Shown here piece after piece: positions 1 to 8,853 of a stretch of 51,337 nucleotides of DNA (its first letter is position 1; every line of letters begins with the position of its first letter). The position numbers and the translations under genes are program-made. This DNA is from a virus (Duplodnaviria > Heunggongvirae > Uroviricota > Caudoviricetes). The notes beneath the pieces were generated by a model. The model was not told where the DNA came from. It saw nothing but the letters and a program-made list of their open reading frames with translations, and searched no databases. The DNA lies in IMG/VR virus record IMGVR_UViG_3300043399_001190; one strand, given 5' to 3'.

Positions 1-123
1 TGGCATTCTCCCAATAAAGCATTTGAAAATAAAACTCCTGATGAAGTATATCAATCAGGCGAAGAAGGTCGGGAAAAAGTTGCAAAATATATCCTAGGAT
101 TTATTGGCGCCGGCTATAGTTGA
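1..123 (+). CDS. 3' end of a small protein resembling the MbcA/ParS/Xre antitoxin C-terminal domain (partial)
   Basis: Frame 1 reads WHSPNKAFENKTPDEVYQSGEEGREKVAKYILGFIGAGYS*, matching the W-x2-PN-x-A/L-x4-P...G-x3-V pattern; truncated by the window edge. Confidence 0.5.
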   Translation, partial: WHSPNKAFENKTPDEVYQSGEEGREKVAKYILGFIGAGYS

Positions 124-151
124 CCGGGCTGTGTGAGTACTTTTTTCTGAA

Positions 152-179
152 TTGCCGTTTTCGCCAGTTGTGTTAGAAT
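152..179 (+). promoter_or_regulatory. sigma70-type early promoter
   Basis: TTGCCG-16-TAGAAT with TG extension; AAGGAG RBS before ATG 216. Confidence 0.65.
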
Positions 180-215
180 TCTCTTATTGATTGATTAACA
201 CAACAAGGAGTTTTT

Positions 216-1043
216 ATGCCCCGTGGCGTCCCCAAAGCTGGTTTCCGTAACACCAAAAAACGTATGGCTCAAGCCGCCGACACCGTGGTGTCCAAGGCTG
301 TAGAATCTCGGTTCTCTATTAACCAGCGTTTTGGTTTTGTTGCTGACATGGTGGCAATGCTAGCCAAAGGCGACCAAGCTTCCGTGGTCGTTTCTGGTCC
401 TGGTGGTTTGGGTAAGTCTCACACCGTCACCGCTGCCCTTGAGTCTGCTGGTCTTACCGATGTGACCGTGTTGGATGAGTTCCAGGTTGGTTCCGTGATT
501 GACACCGCCAAGTCCTACCGTGTTATCAAGGGTTACTCTACACCCAAAGGTCTGTACCGCACTCTTTATGAAAACAAGGACGGTGTGGTTGTGTTCGATG
601 ACTGCGATTCCGTTCTCAAGGATCCCGTGTCTCTGAACCTGCTTAAGGCTGCTCTGGATTCTTATGATCGCCGCATTATCTCTTGGCGCGCCGATATGCG
701 GGATGAAGAATTGCCCCAGTCTTTCGAATTCAAAGGTCGTATTATCTTTATCTCCAATCTCCCTTCGGAAGCTTTGGACCAAGCCATTATTTCCCGTTCT
801 ATGGCTGTTGACCTCTCTATGACTGCGGTTCAAAAGATTGAACGTATGCAATTCCTGCTCGATCAACCTAATTTCATGCCTGATTATTCTAAAACTTATA
901 AACAGGATGCATTGAATCTCATTGATGCTTTGCGCGATTCTGTTAAAGAATTGTCTCTGCGTACACTTATTCAAGTTACTAAGATTCGTAAATCGGCTGG
1001 TGCTAAGTGGAAAGACCTTGCTGAATACACTATTGTTGGTTAA
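216..1043 (+). CDS. AAA+ family ATPase
   Basis: Walker A GPGGLGKS, Walker B VVVFDDCD, IIFISN sensor, SRS; basic N-terminal MPRGVPKAGFR. Confidence 0.85.
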   Translation: MPRGVPKAGFRNTKKRMAQAADTVVSKAVESRFSINQRFGFVADMVAMLAKGDQASVVVSGPGGLGKSHTVTAALESAGLTDVTVLDEFQVGSVIDTAKSYRVIKGYSTPKGLYRTLYENKDGVVVFDDCDSVLKDPVSLNLLKAALDSYDRRIISWRADMRDEELPQSFEFKGRIIFISNLPSEALDQAIISRSMAVDLSMTAVQKIERMQFLLDQPNFMPDYSKTYKQDALNLIDALRDSVKELSLRTLIQVTKIRKSAGAKWKDLAEYTIVG

Positions 1044-1060
1044 TTTTAAAAGGAAATAAA

Positions 1061-1468
1061 ATGTCTAAATCGAATGAAGAAAATGTTTTTTACGTTAATC
1101 ACGATAGAGTGATGAAAACAAAAGAATATGTGGCAGCAACCAGACTTTTAGCAATGCACTTTAAAGAAAATCAATATCTCTCAGTTGAAGATTTTCTTCT
1201 TGATCTATCTAATAATGATCTAAAAATTCTAATGGAAAAGGTTGATAAAAATGATTTAGAAGAAATTATTCTACTTGCTGAAATGCTTGCAACAGGTGAA
1301 GGTCTCGAAAATTCTGGAAATGAAGAACAAATTACGGCGAGAACGAATACATTTTCCGGTTTTCTAATTGTTGAAAGTCTGGCGCGTAAAGGTATGGTTA
1401 AGGTTTACCGAGAGAATATGTCCTTCGGTGAAGATTTTGCAAAGAAAATTATTGTGGAGAAACTGTGA
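1061..1468 (+). CDS. hypothetical protein
   Basis: ORF with AAGGA RBS, co-oriented in operon. Confidence 0.8.
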   Translation: MSKSNEENVFYVNHDRVMKTKEYVAATRLLAMHFKENQYLSVEDFLLDLSNNDLKILMEKVDKNDLEEIILLAEMLATGEGLENSGNEEQITARTNTFSGFLIVESLARKGMVKVYRENMSFGEDFAKKIIVEKL

Positions 1469-1617
1469 TGATTGAAAATATTAAATGGATTTTTATGGTT
1501 GATTGGCTTTGTGGTGATGCCGAAGCTCGTGATGAAAAAACTGCGGAAATTCTTGCTGATGCAATTACAGGAAAAATTGTCGCCGTTAAACAACATAAGA
1601 ACTTGTCCAAGAAATAA
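1468..1617 (+). CDS. small hypothetical protein (49 aa, MIENIKWIFMVDWLCGD...)
   Basis: TGATG overlap with upstream stop, GGAG RBS; below ORF-track cutoff. Confidence 0.6.
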   Translation: MIENIKWIFMVDWLCGDAEARDEKTAEILADAITGKIVAVKQHKNLSKK

Positions 1618-1649
1618 ACACTTGCCATTTCTTGGAACTTTGGTATAAT
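1607..1649 (+). promoter_or_regulatory. early promoter with inverted repeat enclosing the -35 box
   Basis: TTGCCA(1622)-16-TATAAT(1644) with TG extension; CCAAGAAAT/ATTTCTTGG arms. Confidence 0.8.
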
Positions 1650-1677
1650 AGAGTCTTCAATTCAAGAAAGGATAATT

Positions 1678-1959
1678 ATGTCTCGCATGTCCGAACTTCA
1701 AATTTCTATTGCCGATCAGATTAATGCCGGTGCATTTTATGAAGATGTTATTGAGTTTCTTGTTACAAAATACGGTTTTGATTATGTGACCGCAGAGGAT
1801 ATGGTCTATACTGTTGAATCACAGTTGACCATGGAAGAAGAAACTAATTATTACGATGATTCTATGGATGGTGACCATGCATCGGCTCTAGCATCTGCTG
1901 GCTGGGGCACTGATGAAGACTATGGTTCTTTTGATGACTACAACTACGATTATGAATAA
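1678..1959 (+). CDS. acidic hypothetical protein
   Basis: RBS AAAGGA; C-terminal MDGDHASALASAGWGTDEDYG motif. Confidence 0.8.
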   Translation: MSRMSELQISIADQINAGAFYEDVIEFLVTKYGFDYVTAEDMVYTVESQLTMEEETNYYDDSMDGDHASALASAGWGTDEDYGSFDDYNYDYE

Positions 1960-2209
1960 TATTGTTAAATTTTTTGATTTTCATGCCACAGTTCTAGAAG
2001 ACCTTTCTTGGTCTTTGGATTCATATCTTAAGGAAGATATGGTAGCAGGAATGCAATTTCAATTTGATTTTCTTTCTCATTATGAGCAATTGGAAAATAT
2101 GTATTTGGAATTTACTGAGGATGAAAAGGAACTACTCGGTGGTGCTTTTAGTCTAATGGGTCTTAATGAACACCTTATTTCTGAAACACGGACATACCTA
2201 TGTATGTGA
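1952..2209 (+). CDS. hypothetical protein (start MNNIVKFF)
   Basis: ATG overlapping the upstream gene end. Confidence 0.65.
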   Translation: MNNIVKFFDFHATVLEDLSWSLDSYLKEDMVAGMQFQFDFLSHYEQLENMYLEFTEDEKELLGGAFSLMGLNEHLISETRTYLCM

Positions 2210-2242
2210 ACGGTAACAAAGAAATGATCTAGGAAAAGGAAA

Positions 2243-2290
2243 AGATGGAAAAGTATACCACTTGCCATCTACCAGATTTAGTGCTACAAT
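2243..2290 (+). promoter_or_regulatory. early promoter
   Basis: TTGCCA(2262)-17-TACAAT(2285) with TG extension; AGATGG/CCATCT inverted repeat. Confidence 0.75.
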
Positions 2291-2316
2291 TTAATTTTAT
2301 TTGATGTGGAGATTTT

Positions 2317-3474
2317 ATGAATCGTAATGCAAGGGCTTTCGTTGAGGCTGCTACAGCCATGTTCGGTAAGAATGCCGTGATGAATCGCGCCCAAATTGAC
2401 CGAGTTGTGGACGAAAAATCTGTTCCTTTTCCTTTTTGGTTTGTTACCAAACCCGACTACCGCGAATCTCGTGGTCAGTATAAACTGCCATCATTGCCTG
2501 ACGGTGAAACCGTGGTAGAACAATCAAGTCTTGTTCAGTCTGCACCAGAGACCGTCAACATGGCGGCTACGGTGACTGTCCTGCGTCAGAAACGCCTGCA
2601 AGATGATTCAGACACGGCTATTCCTAAAAAGTTTCCTGGCTATGTTCCTTTTGGTTTCTACAAAGACCTGTTGAATGTCATTCAGTCTAAGGAATTCTAT
2701 CCTGTTTTTATCACTGGTCTATCGGGTAACGGTAAGACCTTGATGGTCGAACAAGCTTGCGCCATGGAAGGTCGTGAATGTATCCGTGTGAACATCTCTA
2801 TTGAGACTGATGAATCGGATCTTATTGGTTCTAATACACTTGTAGATGGTAACGTGGTGTACCGTGATGGTCCTGTTATCACAGCCATGAAACGCGGTGC
2901 AATTCTTCTGATTGACGAAGTTGACCGTGGTTCTAACAAGCTTATGTGTATGCAAGGTATCCTTGAGGGTAAACCTTATTTCAATAAAAAGTCTGGTGAG
3001 TATGTGCAACCAGCCAAGGGCTTCAACGTGATCGCCACGGCGAACACCAAAGGTCGTGGCTCTGAAGAAGGTCGTTATCTGTCTCAGATTCTCGATGATG
3101 CGTTCCTTGAGCGTTTTCCTATCACTGTTGAACAAAATTATCCGAATGACAAGGTCGAGCTTAAGATTCTTAAGCCTCTTATCAATGATGATGAGTTTGC
3201 GGAAAACCTTGTTAAATGGGCTGATGTGATTCGTAAGACATTTGCTGAAGGTGGTATTGATGAAATCATTTCTACCCGCCGTTTGGTGCATATTGCAAAA
3301 GCATATTCGATTTTCAAGAATCGTAAGAAAGCCATTGAATTGTGTGTGGCCCGTTTTGATGAAGAAACTAAGAATTCTTTCCTTGACTTGTATGCCAAGG
3401 TAGATATCAAGGTTGCTGAGGCAAACACTGCGACAACAATACCTGTTAAAAGTGGTGAAGAAATTCCTTTTTAA
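2317..3474 (+). CDS. MoxR/CbbQ/NirQ-type AAA+ ATPase (phage 'CobS-like')
   Basis: GLSGNGKT, LLIDEVD, ATANTKGRG, LDDAFLERF, ISTRRL motifs. Confidence 0.9.
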   Translation: MNRNARAFVEAATAMFGKNAVMNRAQIDRVVDEKSVPFPFWFVTKPDYRESRGQYKLPSLPDGETVVEQSSLVQSAPETVNMAATVTVLRQKRLQDDSDTAIPKKFPGYVPFGFYKDLLNVIQSKEFYPVFITGLSGNGKTLMVEQACAMEGRECIRVNISIETDESDLIGSNTLVDGNVVYRDGPVITAMKRGAILLIDEVDRGSNKLMCMQGILEGKPYFNKKSGEYVQPAKGFNVIATANTKGRGSEEGRYLSQILDDAFLERFPITVEQNYPNDKVELKILKPLINDDEFAENLVKWADVIRKTFAEGGIDEIISTRRLVHIAKAYSIFKNRKKAIELCVARFDEETKNSFLDLYAKVDIKVAEANTATTIPVKSGEEIPF

Positions 3475-3487
3475 TCGGTATTTCTCA

Positions 3488-3526
3488 AGCATAGTGGTTG
3501 ACACCAGATTACCACTATGCTATCAT
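3488..3526 (+). promoter_or_regulatory. early promoter in a perfect 11-bp inverted repeat
   Basis: AGCATAGTGGT...ACCACTATGCT; TTGACA(3498)-17-TATCAT(3521). Confidence 0.8.
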
Positions 3527-3563
3527 TGAATCTGGTAAAAACTCTTTTATAGGAAATTATATT

Positions 3564-3899
3564 ATGCGTACTAACACAAAACCCAATCGTCATGAGAAAA
3601 TTGCGGCTGTACTGAAAAGTGGTAAGCCTGTTACTCCAAATGAAATTCATGCGGTCTTTAAAGATACTGACCAAGAAAAGGTAATGTATCGCCTTTCTAC
3701 AAACATTTACAACATCCGCAAAGATGGTGGTATTGTCAAAGTAATTAAAGATGGTCGCAAAGTGCAAGCCTATCAATTGGTGAATCATGAAGAATTCAAT
3801 GACCAAGGGCGTTACATTGGCAAGGTGCAGCCTGTAACACCTGTTGCGCCTGTTGCACCGGTGAAGCCTGTTCAGAAGATTGAAGCGGAAATCGTATGA
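3564..3899 (+). CDS. probable winged-helix DNA-binding protein
   Basis: Start MRTNTKPNRHEKI after AGGA; helix-turn-helix-like YRLSTNIYNIRKDGG followed by a beta-wing; Pro-Val tail. Confidence 0.6.
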   Translation: MRTNTKPNRHEKIAAVLKSGKPVTPNEIHAVFKDTDQEKVMYRLSTNIYNIRKDGGIVKVIKDGRKVQAYQLVNHEEFNDQGRYIGKVQPVTPVAPVAPVKPVQKIEAEIV

Positions 3900-4114
3900 A
3901 CGATAAAAAGTTTATCAACTACGGATTCATTACGAATTCACATAACATGACATATACAATTAATCCAAAACGTGATGGTGCCATGTTGTATGTTACACTG
4001 AGTCTACCTAAAGATGTTGAAGCTGAGGTTGAAAAGAAACTTCATTCTATGAACGAAAATTTTATTGACGCTAAAAATGTTTTAGATAGGATTATGAATG
4101 TCAAACGTGATTGA
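3896..4114 (+). CDS. hypothetical protein
   Basis: ATGA-coupled ORF. Confidence 0.7.
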   Translation: MNDKKFINYGFITNSHNMTYTINPKRDGAMLYVTLSLPKDVEAEVEKKLHSMNENFIDAKNVLDRIMNVKRD

Positions 4115-4262
4115 TAAGGCAATGTGGTTTTTATACAGTTCAAGTATTTCTTTGCTTGATGTATTTGTGGTGATTATTTTGTCTTCTCTAGGCGCCTGGT
4201 ATTGGCTTTTGATGCTACCTTGGTTTTTATATTCTTCCAAACAAAAACAAAAGTATGATTAA
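4098..4262 (+). CDS. small membrane protein (54 aa)
   Basis: MSNVIDKAMWFLYSSSISLLDVFVVIILSSLGAWYWLLMLPWFLY...; below ORF-track cutoff. Confidence 0.6.
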   Translation: MSNVIDKAMWFLYSSSISLLDVFVVIILSSLGAWYWLLMLPWFLYSSKQKQKYD

Positions 4263-4380
4263 AAAATTTGTACGCGAATTTCAATTTTATCTGGATGCTT
4301 GGAAGTTTTGTACTGATAATAAAATTCCTTTGGAAAAAATTGTTAAAAAAGATTTCAAGACCTGGATTGTGGTTGAATGA
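4255..4380 (+). CDS. small hypothetical protein (41 aa)
   Basis: MIKKFVREFQFYLDAWKFC...; fills the gap, ATGA-coupled to the next gene. Confidence 0.55.
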   Translation: MIKKFVREFQFYLDAWKFCTDNKIPLEKIVKKDFKTWIVVE

Positions 4381-5498
4381 AAATGGTGAGAAGAAGAAAC
4401 ACTGCCCTTTCCTATTTTATAGATAGAATGATGGGTGTTGATCCTTCAGGTATGAAACAATTGAGATATTCGACACTTAAGAAAAAAAAGGTTGCTATGA
4501 TTAGCGATAATGATAATAAAATTGTGCTTGGTACGAGTGACATTACGGATTTTTTCATCTCCAATATTGTGGAGGAACGTTCGAAACTGAAGATTGACAC
4601 TTGCCGTGAACATTTTGGAATTTACTGCGCCAAAAATGAATGGCGAAATTTCTTCACACAATTGTCCGACCTACGTATCATGGATTTTGGGCATGAGACT
4701 TATTTCTTTGATGATGAAGGCTTGAACTATATTCTTGGCACAAATCATTCCACACACGTAAGTATCACCATTACTGGTGATGCGGTTTTCATTGAGAAAT
4801 TTCAGGAACGTTTCGCAAAGAACTTTGATTTTGTTAAGAATCAAATCGAATGGATTTATTCTTCTGACGGTAACTCCATCGACATTCCTTTGCAGAATGA
4901 ACGTATGCCTGTGGCTGAAATGTATCCGTTCCTCGGTGAGAAATCACTGGAGAAATATTATGATGACTTTATGAAGTCTAGCGCGTCCATCCTATTGCTG
5001 ATTGGACCGCCTGGTACAGGTAAAACCACTTTCATTCGTGGTATGTTGCAGCACACTAATTCTTCCGCCACTCTTACATATGATGCAAACATTCTTGAAA
5101 AAGATTATGTGTTTGCAAATTTCATTGAGGGTGAAAAGAATGTTCTGATTCTTGAAGATGCGGATATGTTCCTTAAATCTCGCAAAGAAGGTAACACTAT
5201 CATGCATAAATTTTTGAACGTTGGTGATGGTCTGGTGACAACCCGAGGAAAGAAAATGGTTTTCTCCACAAATCTACCGTCTATCAAAGATATTGATCCT
5301 GCATTGATTCGCCCAGGTCGTTGTTATGATATCGTGCATTTCACCGAGTTGAATCAAGAGCAGGCACAAAAACTGGCTGACCGTTGCAATGTTGAATTGA
5401 ACGGTAAGCGTGATAAGTGGTCTATTGCTGATGTTTTCTTCAACGAAAATACCAACAATAAGTTTAAAGAAAAAGAAAATAAGATTGGATTTGTATGA
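4377..5498 (+). CDS. AAA+ ATPase (BCS1/FtsH-like ATPase core)
   Basis: GPPGTGKT, LILEDAD, FSTN, IDPALIRPGR second region of homology, C-terminal IGFV. Confidence 0.9.
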   Translation: MKMVRRRNTALSYFIDRMMGVDPSGMKQLRYSTLKKKKVAMISDNDNKIVLGTSDITDFFISNIVEERSKLKIDTCREHFGIYCAKNEWRNFFTQLSDLRIMDFGHETYFFDDEGLNYILGTNHSTHVSITITGDAVFIEKFQERFAKNFDFVKNQIEWIYSSDGNSIDIPLQNERMPVAEMYPFLGEKSLEKYYDDFMKSSASILLLIGPPGTGKTTFIRGMLQHTNSSATLTYDANILEKDYVFANFIEGEKNVLILEDADMFLKSRKEGNTIMHKFLNVGDGLVTTRGKKMVFSTNLPSIKDIDPALIRPGRCYDIVHFTELNQEQAQKLADRCNVELNGKRDKWSIADVFFNENTNNKFKEKENKIGFV

Positions 5499-5686
5499 TC
5501 TATGAAATCTCCGAACCATATCAACAATATCAATATTTTGTTGAGGTGGATGATATACGTGAATTGAAACATGTTAAAATTACAACCAAGTACCAAGGTG
5601 CAAAATTCCCTGATGCTATTCAAACTAAGGTTGAATTTTTCCTTAGCAAAAAGGAATGGGAAAACCTAAAAAAAGCTTTCGCGTAG
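5495..5686 (+). CDS. hypothetical protein
   Basis: ATGA-coupled ORF. Confidence 0.7.
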   Translation: MIYEISEPYQQYQYFVEVDDIRELKHVKITTKYQGAKFPDAIQTKVEFFLSKKEWENLKKAFA

Positions 5687-5691
5687 CATAA

Positions 5692-5717
5692 AGGCAACAT
5701 TTCTGTTGCCTTTTTTT
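5692..5717 (+). terminator. intrinsic terminator overlapping the -35 of the next promoter
   Basis: AGGCAACA-TTTC-TGTTGCCT followed by a T tract. Confidence 0.85.
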
Positions 5718-5733
5718 GTATCTGTGTTATAAT
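5706..5733 (+). promoter_or_regulatory. early promoter
   Basis: TTGCCT-16-TATAAT with TG extension. Confidence 0.7.
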
Positions 5734-5742
5734 GATTTTATT

Positions 5743-5994
5743 ATGAATGCAAATTGGTTTAGAAAACTTGTTTCGGATGAAATCCGTGAAATGATTATGT
5801 GGGCTGGTCTGGCTGACCAGTATGAAGGTATGAAATCGAAAGAGGTTGATAAGAAAGGTAAAACCTTTTATCGGATTAAAACACATATTGGCGATATTCT
5901 CATCTATTCACCCAAGGTTATCTATGTGAATGGGCACAAGTGCCATTCCGTAAATGAAACGAAGCGGCATATTCAATACAACTATGTGAATTAG
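5743..5994 (+). CDS. hypothetical protein (start MNANWFRK)
   Basis: First ATG downstream of the promoter in the 5716 ORF. Confidence 0.65.
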   Translation: MNANWFRKLVSDEIREMIMWAGLADQYEGMKSKEVDKKGKTFYRIKTHIGDILIYSPKVIYVNGHKCHSVNETKRHIQYNYVN

Positions 5995-6016
5995 AATCAA
6001 ACATCTAATTTTTATA

Positions 6017-6046
6017 TTGCAGTGCAACATAATTTTCCTATATAAT
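6017..6046 (+). promoter_or_regulatory. promoter with PhaR-like TGC palindrome over the -35
   Basis: TTGCAGTGCAACA at 6017-6029; TATAAT at 6041. Confidence 0.55.
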
Positions 6047-6106
6047 ATTAGAAGTAACGCCGTTGGGGTTATTACTAATCAACTTGCTTATTTTAAGGAG
6101 AAAAAA

Positions 6107-6310
6107 ATGTTCGCATACAATACTTTTATTGATACTGTACAATCTGGTAAAAAAACTTTCGTCAATATGTTTATTACCGACGAAAAGGTTAAAGCACCAC
6201 TTAATGCATTTGTAGATGCACAAACGGCTTTCGTTAAGCAGATTTTCAAATCCGCCGAAGATTTGACTGCACATGCAACAAACGAAATTCACAAGAAAGC
6301 CAAACAATAA
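6107..6310 (+). CDS. small amphipathic helical protein, phasin-like
   Basis: Strong TAAGGAG RBS; MFAYNTFIDTVQSGKKTFVNMF...LNAFVDAQTAFVKQ; upstream PhaR-like box. Confidence 0.5.
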   Translation: MFAYNTFIDTVQSGKKTFVNMFITDEKVKAPLNAFVDAQTAFVKQIFKSAEDLTAHATNEIHKKAKQ

Positions 6311-6388
6311 TGTTGAATAAGGTTAAACATTTTATTTGTACAATCTCTGATATTTTACAGAGATACAGAAAGGATAAAAAGGCTAATC

Positions 6389-6544
6389 ATGTTCAATGAA
6401 CTAGAAGAAATTGGTCTAAAAGAAGAGATTAAAGAACTAGAAAATCTCATCGAAGATTATAAAATTAATGGCTTTAGAGTTAACGAATTCCTGACAGCAA
6501 AACTGGAAATACTAAAAACCGAATTGGAAGAATGCGCTAAATAA
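6389..6544 (+). CDS. small coiled-coil protein (51 aa)
   Basis: MFNELEEIGLKEEIKELENLIEDYK...; below ORF-track cutoff. Confidence 0.55.
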   Translation: MFNELEEIGLKEEIKELENLIEDYKINGFRVNEFLTAKLEILKTELEECAK

Positions 6545-6571
6545 AAGTGTCTTAAACATTTTGGTTATATC

Positions 6572-6709
6572 ATGGATAATTTTGATTTTTTTCTGGATCA
6601 GGTAAAGTTACATAGAGAAATTGAAAAGCACCGAAGAAGAAGGTTCATAGCCTTGACTCTCGGTGCTTTTTTGTTTATAATGGCTTTGCTATTCTTCGTT
6701 TTCTTTTGA
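6572..6709 (+). CDS. possible small membrane protein (45 aa)
   Basis: MDNFDFFLDQVKLHREIEKHRRRRFIALTLGAFLFIMALLFFVFF*; overlaps a hairpin/promoter, no clear RBS. Confidence 0.4.
   Translation: MDNFDFFLDQVKLHREIEKHRRRRFIALTLGAFLFIMALLFFVFF
6624..6681 (+). promoter_or_regulatory. terminator-like hairpin enclosing the -35 of an early promoter
   Basis: AAAAGCACCGA/TCGGTGCTTTT arms; TTGACT(6653)-17-TATAAT(6676). Confidence 0.8.
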
Positions 6710-6719
6710 AAGGTAAGTT

Positions 6720-7040
6720 ATGTCTCTATTCGTTGAAGTTAATTCTCTTGCACCTAAAAACTGCAAATTGATTATTAATCTGGATTATATCCTAGAAGTT
6801 GCACCGCTAATCACCGGTGGTTGTGTTCTTACAATGGGCGCACAAGAAGCTGGAACATCCCGCACAATTACCGTTTCTGATGATTATATGTCGTTCAAAC
6901 AATTTGTTATGCAAACTGTTACGGCAGAATCAATTCAGAAACGTTTCCCTAAAGTCGCAAAACCCACAGACAACATCAAACCACAACAAGATGGTAAAGG
7001 TGTTGAATTTGATATTCCCACATTTGGAGGCCAAAAATGA
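6720..7040 (+). CDS. hypothetical protein
   Basis: ORF with AAAGGT RBS downstream of promoter. Confidence 0.8.
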   Translation: MSLFVEVNSLAPKNCKLIINLDYILEVAPLITGGCVLTMGAQEAGTSRTITVSDDYMSFKQFVMQTVTAESIQKRFPKVAKPTDNIKPQQDGKGVEFDIPTFGGQK

Positions 7041-7294
7041 AATTCGTATTGACTTGCCAACATGAAGAACATGGTCCAAAAATCACTTATGAATTCAATA
7101 ATGTTTTCTTACCTGATGTTTTGGACAATATACAAAACTTTCTAAAAGGTTGTGGTTTTGTTTTCGACGGAGTTCTTGATATCGTTGAAGAAGATGGTAT
7201 TCCAATGCAGATGCCACACAATTTGACCACCGAAGAACCTGAAGGTGGATTATATCGTAATGCAGATGATGTGGACGTTGATGGTAGATGTTAA
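7037..7294 (+). CDS. hypothetical protein
   Basis: GGAGG RBS; FLKGCGFVFDG motif common in phage small proteins. Confidence 0.8.
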   Translation: MKFVLTCQHEEHGPKITYEFNNVFLPDVLDNIQNFLKGCGFVFDGVLDIVEEDGIPMQMPHNLTTEEPEGGLYRNADDVDVDGRC

Positions 7295-7578
7295 ATGATT
7301 TATTGAAGCCAACATTCGATTGGATACGTGATGATTTTAACTCTCATCCTGTTCGTTTTAGCATTGAGTTGCTTGCATGGGGCATTAGTGTTGGGTGTTC
7401 GATCACCATGGCTCTTACAGTCCCCAATCCGCCCTTACTGGTTCTTTATCCTATTTGGATCATCGGTTGCAGTCTCTATGCTTGGGCTGCTTGGACTCGC
7501 AAAAGTTTTGGAATGTTGGCTAACTATCTCTTGTTAACGACAATTGACAGTGTTGGTTTATTGAGAATGCTTTTATGA
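7288..7578 (+). CDS. three-helix membrane protein
   Basis: Three hydrophobic segments. Confidence 0.75.
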   Translation: MLNDLLKPTFDWIRDDFNSHPVRFSIELLAWGISVGCSITMALTVPNPPLLVLYPIWIIGCSLYAWAAWTRKSFGMLANYLLLTTIDSVGLLRMLL

Positions 7579-8372
7579 AAATTAAAATCTATATTGTTAC
7601 TTGGCAAGATGAGATTGCACTACACAACAATCTTTCAACATTGTTTGCCGGTTTTCAATTTGCAGATGGTGTTGATGTTCATGTTAATGTTATTAACAAC
7701 CACACAAACTTTAAAATTCATAAAAACTATGAACAACATGTGAGAGTTCTACACAATGTTGCTCAGCCAGATTTTGCCACTGCAATGTTGGCCAGAATGT
7801 GGAATACTTCTCTCATTCATGGTTTCAGGAACTTAAACGAGCCTGATGCTGATATTGTTGTTACTGCACAAGACGACACAGTATGGAATTATGATTGGAT
7901 TCCACAACTACTTAAGGTGATGAAAGATTTTACATTCTACGCCGATGATGCTGGTGATTTGGTATGTGCTTATCGACCAGAAGCCGTAAAGAAAATTGGC
8001 ATGTGGGATGAAAGATTTCATTATGGATTTGGTGAAGGTGATTATTTTCTTCGAGCAATTCGATACAACGAAAATAAATCCTCAATAAATGACTTTGCTC
8101 ATGGGCGTGTTTGGAACCCTACACTACATTTAGCCAAAAGACCTGAACCTGATTTGAACAGATACAGTGAACAAAGTCGTTCACATAAATTCCGAAAATT
8201 ATCTTGGGCTAATTTTTTATACAAATGGCGATATGAGGAAATGGAAGGTACGTGGCCAGAAAATATTCAAGAAATGGTATTGACAACACCAACAATACCA
8301 AGTACAATATTGTATCCTTATTTTGAAATGGATGTAGAAAACCTCAAAGACAAAGGTTATATTGTACCATGA
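7575..8372 (+). CDS. GT-A fold (GT2-like) glycosyltransferase
   Basis: IYIVTW start, LARMWN, IVVTAQDD, KKIGMWDERF..GEGDYFLR motifs. Confidence 0.7.
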   Translation: MKIKIYIVTWQDEIALHNNLSTLFAGFQFADGVDVHVNVINNHTNFKIHKNYEQHVRVLHNVAQPDFATAMLARMWNTSLIHGFRNLNEPDADIVVTAQDDTVWNYDWIPQLLKVMKDFTFYADDAGDLVCAYRPEAVKKIGMWDERFHYGFGEGDYFLRAIRYNENKSSINDFAHGRVWNPTLHLAKRPEPDLNRYSEQSRSHKFRKLSWANFLYKWRYEEMEGTWPENIQEMVLTTPTIPSTILYPYFEMDVENLKDKGYIVP

Positions 8373-8656
8373 CAGTAAAATTGAATACACAAATCGTAAC
8401 CACCACATTTAATATGGGACAGTCACCATATCAGCCTGGTGGTCCATATAAACTGGAAGTGCCACAATCATTTGTGGTTATATCAAAATCAGTTTCTTAC
8501 GATTTTCGTGTGGCAGAGTACGTAGATGAAGATGGTAAAATTTCCAAAGTGGGATTACAATACAGAATGTGGGAACATGATAATGATGGTACAGGAACTA
8601 TAATACAAACCTGTACAGATGTTGAACGAGTTCAAATTCCAACTTATCTAGTATGA
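8369..8656 (+). CDS. hypothetical protein
   Basis: ATGA-coupled ORF. Confidence 0.7.
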   Translation: MTVKLNTQIVTTTFNMGQSPYQPGGPYKLEVPQSFVVISKSVSYDFRVAEYVDEDGKISKVGLQYRMWEHDNDGTGTIIQTCTDVERVQIPTYLV

Positions 8657-8853
8657 CTGAAGACCGCGAACACATTGGTTATATCGAACGCGAAGAAGGT
8701 TATTACAAACTGTATGCACCTCCTAAAGATTCAATCGTGACACATGCATTTATTTTGTGTAAATATTGCAACGGTGCTATTGCCACCTGCATGGGACCAA
8801 AGTATGATGCAGTATGTTTTACTTGTTATGAGAAAGAACCGGAGTTACGATGA
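8653..8853 (+). CDS. small Zn-finger-like protein
   Basis: CKYC...CFTC. Confidence 0.7.
   Translation: MTEDREHIGYIEREEGYYKLYAPPKDSIVTHAFILCKYCNGAIATCMGPKYDAVCFTCYEKEPELR

Noticed and set aside
2317-3474. Cobalamin biosynthesis gene cobS as an auxiliary metabolic gene
   Set aside because: Motifs support only a MoxR-type AAA+ ATPase; no cobalamin pathway context.
360-3504. Long minus-strand ORFs 360-974 and 2719-3504
   Set aside because: Antisense to well-supported ATPase genes; explained by codon bias; no RBS or motifs.
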